A stretch of DNA of 32,000 nucleotides, taken from positions 3,626,497 to 3,658,496 of the forward strand of contig NC_003902.1 of the NCBI RefSeq assembly GCF_000007145.1, in the 5' to 3' direction. Positions 25,998 through 32,000 of this stretch are shown here, piece by piece (the first letter of the stretch is position 1; every line of letters starts with the position of its first letter). This stretch comes from Xanthomonas campestris pv. campestris str. ATCC 33913. GTDB taxonomy: Bacteria; Pseudomonadota; Gammaproteobacteria; Xanthomonadales; Xanthomonadaceae. Below the pieces are notes generated by a model. It had not been told where the DNA came from. It ran no database searches and was given only the letters and a program-made list of their open reading frames with translations. Made by a program: the position numbers and the translations under genes.

Positions 25998-28472
25998 ATG
26001 ACTGATCAATCCTCTAAACGCGGGCTCGGCACTTGGCTGTTGGTAGCCTATGCCGTGGTGCTCGCCGTGCTTGGTGCGGCGCTCGCCTATGAAGGCGGGC
26101 GCCTGGTGGCCGTTGGCGGCTCCTGGTATTACGTGCTGGCCGGTATCGCCGTGCTGGTGGCCGGTGTGCTGCTGGCACTGGGCAAACGCGCTGGCCTGTG
26201 GCTGTTTGGCGCTACGTTGGCGGCCACCATCGTGTGGGCGCTGTGGGAAGTGGGCCTGGATGGCTGGGGCCTGATCCCACGTCTGGCCTGGATCTCGGTG
26301 CTCGGCCTGGTGCTGTTGCCGTTCTGGGGCGTGGCGCGGCGGCGCATGCAGCCGTTGTCCGGGCTCGGCTATGTCGTGGTCACCGGCGTGCTGCCGGTGC
26401 TGGGTGCGGCGCTGATCCTGTGGCCGCTGCTGGTGCCGCGCAATGTGGAACTGGCCGATGCATCCAAGCAGCCGGCCGATGCGGCAACGCCGTTCAGCCG
26501 TGGCAGCGTGCCCAGCCCGGACGGGAACGTGGCGGCCAACCACGATGCCAGTAACTGGACCGCCTACGCCGGTTCCAACCTGTCCAACCATTACACCCCC
26601 GGCGCGCAGATCACGCCGGAGAACGTCAAGGGCCTCAAGGTGGCCTGGGAATTCCATACCGGCGATCTCAAGCCGAAGGATTCCAAGCTGGGCTATGCGT
26701 TCCAGAACACCCCGCTCAAGGTCGGCGACCTGCTCTACATCTGCACCCCGACCCAGAAGGTGATTGCGGTGGAGGCGGCCAACGGCAAGGAGCGCTGGCG
26801 CTTCGACCCGCAGACCAATCCGAAGGCGATGGCCGGCGTGGCCGCCACCACATGCCGCGGCGTGTCGTACTACCAGGCGCCGGAAGGCACTGCCGAGTGC
26901 CCGACGCGGATCTTCTGGCCGATGGTCGATGGCCGCCTGGGTGCGCTGGATGCGCAGACCGGCAAGCTCTGCGCCAGCTTCGGTAACAACGGCTATGTGG
27001 ACCTCAATGCCGGCACCGGCAACACCAAGCCGGGCTTCGTCGGCCCGACCTCGCCGCCGGTGGTCATGCGCGGTGTGGTGATCCAGCCCACCGGGCAGGT
27101 GCGCGACGGTCAGGAACGCGATGCGCCGTCCGGCGTGGTGCGCGGCTTCGACGCGCTCACCGGCCAGCTGCGCTGGGCCTGGGATCTGGGCAACCCGGCC
27201 ATCACCGCCGAACCGCCGGCCGGCCAGACCTATACCCGCTCCACCCCGAACGTGTGGTCGCTGATGGCCGCCGATGACGAGCTGGGGCTGGTGTATCTGC
27301 CCACCGGCAACGCTGCCGGCGACTTCTTCGGCAAGGGCCGCACCCCGCAGGAAGAGGAATACACCGCCTCGCTGGTGGCCGTGGATGCGGCAACCGGCAA
27401 GGAGCGCTGGCACTTCCGTACCGTCAATCACGATCTGTGGGACTACGACATCGGCCCGCAGCCGAACCTGGTTGATTGGCCGGTTGCCGGCGGTGGCACC
27501 CGCCCCGCCGTGATCCAGGCCACCAAGTCCGGCCAGGTGTTCGTGCTCGACCGCGCCACCGGCCAGCCGATCATGCCTGTCAAGCAGATCGCCGTGCCGC
27601 AGGGCACCGACCATGGCGACTGGACCGCATCCACCCAGCCGGTGTCGCCGGGCATGCCCAACACCGTGGGTGCGCCCAGCCGTGACTACGAGACCATCGT
27701 TGAATCTGACGCGTGGGGCATGACCCCGTTCGACCAGCTCGCTTGCCGCATCGAGTTCAAGAAGCTGCGGTACGAAGGCATGTTCACCCCGCCAAGCCTG
27801 CAGGGCTCGCTGTCGTTCACCGGCAACCATGGCGGCATCAACTGGGGCGGCGTGTCGGTCGATCTGCAGCGCGGCATCATGGTGATGAACAGCAATCGCC
27901 TGCCCTATACCGAGCACGTCTACCCGCGCACGGTGATGAACGAGCTGGGCGTGGTGTCGGTGTTCAACGGCAGCAGCAAGACCAAGGGCTACATGGCGCA
28001 GGAAGGCCTGGCCTATGGCGCGCGCAAGGAGCCGTGGATGTCGCCGCTCAACACGCCGTGCGTGGCACCGCCGTGGGGCTATATCTCCGGCGTGGATCTG
28101 CGCACGCAGCAGGTGATCTGGCGCCGTCCGCTGGGCACCGGTTACGACCAGGGCCCAATGGGCATCCCGTCCAAGACCAAGTTCGAGATCGGCACCCCGA
28201 ACAACAGCGGCTCGCTGGCCACTGCCGGCGGCGTCACCTTCATCGGTGCCAGCCTGGACAACTTCATCCGCGGCTTTGACACCCGCACCGGCAAGCAGGT
28301 CTGGGAGACCCGCGTGCCTGCGGGCCCGCAGGCCGCGCCGCTGAGCTACACCATCGATGGCAAGCAGTACATCGTTGCCGCGGTGGGTGGCCATGACCGC
28401 ATGGAAACCAAGTCCGGCGACAGCGTCATTGCCTGGGCACTGCCCGACGACGCGGCCGCCAGCGCCAAATAA
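25998..28472 (+). CDS. gcd: Membrane-bound PQQ-dependent glucose (quinoprotein) dehydrogenase
   Basis: 824-aa ORF. It has an N-terminal 5-TM anchor (LLVAYAVVLAVLGAAL.., YYVLAGIAVLVAGVLLAL.., etc.) followed by a PQQ beta-propeller (..YTPGAQITPENVKGLKVAWEFHTGD..DLWDYD..GGINWGG..). Confidence 0.93.
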   Translation: MTDQSSKRGLGTWLLVAYAVVLAVLGAALAYEGGRLVAVGGSWYYVLAGIAVLVAGVLLALGKRAGLWLFGATLAATIVWALWEVGLDGWGLIPRLAWISVLGLVLLPFWGVARRRMQPLSGLGYVVVTGVLPVLGAALILWPLLVPRNVELADASKQPADAATPFSRGSVPSPDGNVAANHDASNWTAYAGSNLSNHYTPGAQITPENVKGLKVAWEFHTGDLKPKDSKLGYAFQNTPLKVGDLLYICTPTQKVIAVEAANGKERWRFDPQTNPKAMAGVAATTCRGVSYYQAPEGTAECPTRIFWPMVDGRLGALDAQTGKLCASFGNNGYVDLNAGTGNTKPGFVGPTSPPVVMRGVVIQPTGQVRDGQERDAPSGVVRGFDALTGQLRWAWDLGNPAITAEPPAGQTYTRSTPNVWSLMAADDELGLVYLPTGNAAGDFFGKGRTPQEEEYTASLVAVDAATGKERWHFRTVNHDLWDYDIGPQPNLVDWPVAGGGTRPAVIQATKSGQVFVLDRATGQPIMPVKQIAVPQGTDHGDWTASTQPVSPGMPNTVGAPSRDYETIVESDAWGMTPFDQLACRIEFKKLRYEGMFTPPSLQGSLSFTGNHGGINWGGVSVDLQRGIMVMNSNRLPYTEHVYPRTVMNELGVVSVFNGSSKTKGYMAQEGLAYGARKEPWMSPLNTPCVAPPWGYISGVDLRTQQVIWRRPLGTGYDQGPMGIPSKTKFEIGTPNNSGSLATAGGVTFIGASLDNFIRGFDTRTGKQVWETRVPAGPQAAPLSYTIDGKQYIVAAVGGHDRMETKSGDSVIAWALPDDAAASAK

Positions 28473-28497
28473 CGTCTGAGGTTGTGCAGTGACGTTG

Positions 28498-28529
28498 AAC
28501 CGGCCGTCGCAAGACGGCCGGTTTTTTTG
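28498..28529 (+). terminator. Rho-independent terminator of gcd
   Basis: AACCGGCCGTC (28498-28508), loop gcaa, GACGGCCGGTT (28513-23), followed by a T-run. It lies 26 nt after the gcd stop. Confidence 0.9.
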
Positions 28530-28914
28530 TGCGTGCCTGAAGAGCGCCGCGCTCCGAGGGGCACTTTCCGCCGCGTCGTGCGTGCGGCCGCAAGCGAATC
28601 ACAGCGAGTTAGCGCACGCCATTGCCCGCGGGGCGAGCTGCGATGCGGCAGCGGCGATCGGCCCAGCCTCGCCATCGCGGGGGGGGTTCCTGCCTGGGGT
28701 ACGGAGCGCAGGCTGCACCCTTCGTCTTGAACCCCATGCACTGTCGGGCAGGCCGAAAGTTCACATTTCAATAACAAAATAAATGTGCGCTTCGTCAGGA
28801 AATCGCCGGGAGCGCCCAACCCTGCCTCAGGACTGAAAACCGCTTCCAAATCAAGCACATCGGCATTTTTAGGGTACCGGCGTGCTGATTCCGACGAACG
28901 GCGCCTTCACACCG

Positions 28915-28941
28915 TCATGATTCGGGCCCGGCCGCCGATAC
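28915..28941 (+). promoter_or_regulatory. Possible sigma-28 (FliA)-type promoter for the chemoreceptor gene
   Basis: TCAT-N15-GCCGATAC, with GCCGATA at 28934-28940. The consensus is TAAA-N15-GCCGATAA. It lies about 65 nt upstream of the ATG at 29005. The -10 element is strong and the -35 is weak. Confidence 0.3.
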
Positions 28942-29004
28942 CCCCTTGCAGCTACACACTGCCGGACGCGCTCCCCACCCAGAACACCAGTCGGACACCA
29001 GCCT

Positions 29005-30873
29005 ATGTTGCCTACCCTCGATGCCGCACCCGCCTCTCCTCCGCCCACCGGCCGGAACGTTGCGCGTGCCACCTGGACAGCCTGGTTGCCGGCCGCGGCG
29101 CAGGCCGCGTTGCTGATCCTGCTTGCCGTCTACGCCGCCACGGCCATGCCCGGCGGCTTCTGGCACACCCTGGGCACGCTGCTACCGGCATTACTGGTGC
29201 TCGGCGCCGCCAGTGCGGGGCTGTGGTGGTGGTCGCGCCGGCGCACTGCCACCCAGCTCGACCAGGCAGTCACCGCCATTGCCGCCATCGGCGAAGGCCG
29301 CTTCCAGCGCCTGGACGCGCGCAGCGCCAGCGGCGAACTCGCGCCGTTGCTGCGCACCCTGCAAGCCACCCAGGACAAGCTCGCCCTCCGCCTCGACGTG
29401 ATGGAGCAAGGCTTGCGCCACGGCCAGTTCGTGATCAAGGCGCTGGACGATCTGGACACCATGATCCGCATCGCCGATGACGACGGCCAGGTGCTGTTCG
29501 CCAACCGCAAACTGCTCAAGATGCTCAAGCTGATCGAGCCGGACGTGCAGAGCTTCCGCCCCAGCTTCCATGCCGAAGGTTTCGTCGGCGGCAGCATCGG
29601 CGACATCTATCCGGACAGCCAGGCCGCCATCGACCGTATGCGTGCGCTCACCGCCTCCAAGGCCGTGCGTGCGCCGTTCTTCGGCCGCCAGATCGACTTC
29701 GTCTACAGCCCGATCATCGCCGCCGACGGCACCAAGCTCGGCACCATCGCGCAGTGGATGGACGTCACCGCGCAGGTCAACGCCGAGCAGGCGCTGATCG
29801 AGATCATCGATGCCGCTGCCGCTGGCGATTTCAGCCGCCGCATGCAGATGGACGGCATGGACGGCGTGCTGCTGTCGCTGGCGCAAGGCATCAACCGCAT
29901 TTACGACTCGGTGGAAACGCATCTGGCTGCATTGGCGCGCGTGATCAGCGCGCTGGCCGAGGGCGACCTCACCCAGCGCGTGGATGGCGATGCGCATGGC
30001 ATTTTCGCGCGCCTGCGTGACGACACCAACCAGACCGTGATCCGCCTGACCGAAATCATCGGCGGCATCCAGACCGCGTCGGACACCATTCGCCGCGCTG
30101 CGGTGGAAATCGCTGCCGGCAACACCGATCTGTCCGAACGCACCGAGCAACAGGCCGCGAGCCTGGAAGAAACCGCCAGCTCCATGGAAGAACTCACCTC
30201 CACCGTGAAGCAGAATGCCGACAGCGCGCAGCAGGCCAACAAGCTGGTGCTGGGCACCGGCGAAGTGGCGCAGAACGGTGGCCAGGTGATGGACGATGTG
30301 GTGTCCACCATGAGCCAGATCAGCACTGCCTCGCGCAGGATCGGCGAGATCATCGGCGTCATCGACGGCATCGCGTTCCAGACCAACATCCTGGCGCTCA
30401 ACGCCGCGGTGGAAGCAGCGCGCGCCGGCGAACAGGGCCGCGGCTTCGCGGTGGTGGCCTCGGAAGTGCGCGCCCTGGCGCGACGTTCGGCCGATGCAGC
30501 CAAGGAGATCAAATCGTTGATCGCCGACTCCACCGACAAGGTGGAACTGGGCTCGGGTCTGGTGCACCGCGCCGGCGCGACCATGCGCGAGATCGTCGGC
30601 TCGGTGAAGCACGTCACCGACATCATGAGCGAGATCACCTCGGCCAGCGCCGAACAGTCCAGCGGCATCGAGCAGGTGAACCGCACCGTGGCGCAGCTGG
30701 ACGAAGTGACCCAGCGCAACGCCGCCCTGGTGGAAGAAGCCACCGCCGCCGCGCGCAGCCTGGAAGAACAGGCAGTGGAACTGGCCGATGCGGTGTCCAT
30801 CTTCCGCCTGCAATCAGACACCCGCGGTAGCTCGAACGTGGTACGCGGCAGTTTTGGAAGCGCGGCGGCGTAA
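29005..30873 (+). CDS. Methyl-accepting chemotaxis protein with two N-terminal TM helices, HAMP, a cytoplasmic PAS-like domain, further HAMP and an MA signalling domain
   Basis: 622-aa ORF. TM1 is [18 protein letters not shown] and TM2 is [21 protein letters not shown], with a loop of about 10 aa. The PAS-like region is [39 protein letters not shown]. The highly conserved signalling hairpin is [47 protein letters not shown]. Confidence 0.92.
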   Translation: MLPTLDAAPASPPPTGRNVARATWTAWLPAAAQAALLILLAVYAATAMPGGFWHTLGTLLPALLVLGAASAGLWWWSRRRTATQLDQAVTAIAAIGEGRFQRLDARSASGELAPLLRTLQATQDKLALRLDVMEQGLRHGQFVIKALDDLDTMIRIADDDGQVLFANRKLLKMLKLIEPDVQSFRPSFHAEGFVGGSIGDIYPDSQAAIDRMRALTASKAVRAPFFGRQIDFVYSPIIAADGTKLGTIAQWMDVTAQVNAEQALIEIIDAAAAGDFSRRMQMDGMDGVLLSLAQGINRIYDSVETHLAALARVISALAEGDLTQRVDGDAHGIFARLRDDTNQTVIRLTEIIGGIQTASDTIRRAAVEIAAGNTDLSERTEQQAASLEETASSMEELTSTVKQNADSAQQANKLVLGTGEVAQNGGQVMDDVVSTMSQISTASRRIGEIIGVIDGIAFQTNILALNAAVEAARAGEQGRGFAVVASEVRALARRSADAAKEIKSLIADSTDKVELGSGLVHRAGATMREIVGSVKHVTDIMSEITSASAEQSSGIEQVNRTVAQLDEVTQRNAALVEEATAAARSLEEQAVELADAVSIFRLQSDTRGSSNVVRGSFGSAAA

Positions 30874-30884
30874 CCCCGCACACC

Positions 30885-31479
30885 ACCCGCATTCGTAGGA
30901 GCGCGCTTGCGCGCGATGGGGCCTCGCCGGTAACGCCCCATCGCGCGCAAGCCTCCTACGTCATGTGTGTCGTTAAAAAACGGCGGCGCGAATCCCCATC
31001 TGTGCACCGCAATCGAAAGCAGCCTCTGTGTGACCGGCGCGCGGTGCGTGCACGCGTGTGCCAGCCGATATCGGCAGACATTGCGGACTAGGTTTTGCGC
31101 GCCTATCGACAACGCGGCGGCATCACCAAAGCGCTAGAAATCGCAATCCGCGTAGGAGCGCGCTTGCGCGCGATGGGGCCTCACCGGTAAAGCCCCATCG
31201 CGCGCAAGCGCGCTCCTACGCTCATGTGTGTCGTTAAAAAACGGCGGCGCGAATCCCCATCTGTGCACTGCAATCGAAAGCAGCTACTGCGTAACCAGCT
31301 GCGGTGCGTGCACGCGTGTGCCAGCCGATATCGGCAGACATTGCGGACTAGGTTTTGCGCACGTATCGACAACGCGGCGGCATCACCAAAGCACTAGAAA
31401 TCACAGCACGCGTAGGAGCGTGCTTGCGCGCGACGTGGCCTCGCCGATAACGCCCCATCGCGCGCAAGCGCGCTCCTAC
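30885..31479. repeat. Tandem 260-267-bp duplication bounded by three REP-like long hairpins
   Basis: The hairpins GTAGGAGCGCGCTTGCGCGCGATGGGGC..GCCCCATCGCGCGCAAGCGCGCTCCTAC lie at 30885-30949, 31152-31219 and 31412-31479. The spacers at 30950-31151 and 31220-31411 are about 90% identical, e.g. tcatgtgtgtcgttaaaaaacggcggcgcgaatccccatctgtgcac.. and gtgcgtgcacgcgtgtgccagccgatatcggcagacattgcggactaggttttgcgc. Confidence 0.9.
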
Positions 31480-31507
31480 CCAGCACCGCATTCCACATGC
31501 GGCGGCA

Positions 31508-31990
31508 TCAATCCAGAAACAGCGCGCGTTGCTCAGGCGTGGGCAACATGCAGTGCGTGCTGCGGCCAAACCAGCGGTAGCGGTTGCGTGCCACCACGCG
31601 ATAGCCGATGTCGCGCAACGAACGCGGCACCAGGCGCAGCACTGCCGCCACGCGCCACAGGCCACCAAGCCCGCTCAGTACCCGCACGATTGCATCGGTA
31701 TCGGTCCAGGCACCTGCCGCGTCCACCAGCAGGAACGAAAGCGGGTCGTCCGGGTCCAGCCCGTGCTGGACCAGCAATGCGCGCCCGGCCGTGCCCTGCA
31801 TGGCGGCATAGCGATAGCGCCTGCGGTGGTCGTGGCGCAACAGGAACCTGACCCAGCCATTGCACAGCAGGCACACGCCATCGAACACGATGGTGGCAGG
31901 CGGCGCGGCGTGCTCAGTGCGGTTCAAGCCAACCCTCGTAGCGAATGAATGGCCCCACCCACGGTAGATGCACGTCGACCAGGAAGCCAT
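31508..31990 (-). CDS. Thiol-disulfide oxidoreductase DCC family protein (DUF393)
   Basis: The 160-aa ORF contains VFDGVCLLCNGWVRFLLRHD (the DxxCxxC signature of DCC proteins) and ..RNRYRWFG... The start is uncertain. ATG at 31990 gives a 36-aa leader before the motif; TTG at 31927, preceded by GAGGG, would give a more typical short N-terminus. Confidence 0.75.
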   Translation of the reverse strand: MASWSTCIYRGWGHSFATRVGLNRTEHAAPPATIVFDGVCLLCNGWVRFLLRHDHRRRYRYAAMQGTAGRALLVQHGLDPDDPLSFLLVDAAGAWTDTDAIVRVLSGLGGLWRVAAVLRLVPRSLRDIGYRVVARNRYRWFGRSTHCMLPTPEQRALFLD

Positions 31991-32000
31991 AGCGGCCCTC

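Noticed and set aside
25764-28394. 876-aa minus-strand ORF
   Set aside because: It is antisense to gcd, whose plus-strand product has an unambiguous TM anchor and PQQ propeller. This is a high-GC artefact.
29191-31112. 540-aa (29191..30813) and 403-aa (29901..31112) minus-strand ORFs
   Set aside because: They are antisense to or out of frame with the chemoreceptor gene. The second starts inside the REP-flanked duplicated spacer.
31181-31372. 63-aa minus-strand ORF in the second duplicated spacer, with a similar N-terminus in the first spacer (from 31112)
   Set aside because: The two copies share only about the first 25 codons and then diverge by frame-shifting indels. Coding potential is therefore not conserved between duplicates.

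Overview
High-GC (roughly 65%) chromosomal segment. The gene content and intergenic repeat types are most consistent with a Xanthomonas-like member of the Xanthomonadaceae; this rests on recognition of protein sequences and repeats, and no search was run. Most of the window is core metabolism and envelope functions. From left to right: (1) a minus-strand cobalamin-riboswitch operon: btuB-type TonB-dependent receptor, two tandem paralogous 6-TM proteins of unknown function, cobO, then cobB, which runs off the left edge; (2) metY; (3) a secreted DUF6624-like protein with an apparent C-terminal frameshift; (4) clpB with a sigma-32-type promoter; (5) a decayed ssuB-like ABC ATPase remnant; (6) a small GIY-YIG protein; (7) a GST; (8) a DUF3014 protein; (9) a divergent locus with a second TonB-dependent receptor facing a DUF3574 lipoprotein, a secreted protein, an NCS2-like permease and an LprI/DUF1311-like secreted protein; (10) an otsB-GH15-otsA trehalose operon; (11) membrane PQQ glucose dehydrogenase gcd; (12) a methyl-accepting chemotaxis protein with a cytoplasmic PAS domain; (13) a DCC-family thiol-disulfide oxidoreductase. 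The intergenic regions are unusually rich in structured repeats: a 4-copy tandem array of a ~154-bp composite palindromic element, with an inverted relative and a half copy near the B12 operon; a (ACAGCG)13 microsatellite; a hairpin-rich element in a ~920-bp gene-free region; and a 260-267-bp tandem duplication bounded by three REP-like long hairpins. No rRNA, tRNA, CRISPR, transposase or integrase was seen. The best candidate for new biology is the pair of riboswitch-controlled paralogous membrane proteins with a conserved cysteine, which may be corrinoid transporters. The second candidate is the TonB-receptor/DUF3574/permease/LprI-like locus. All long ORFs antisense to the listed genes are treated as high-GC artefacts.
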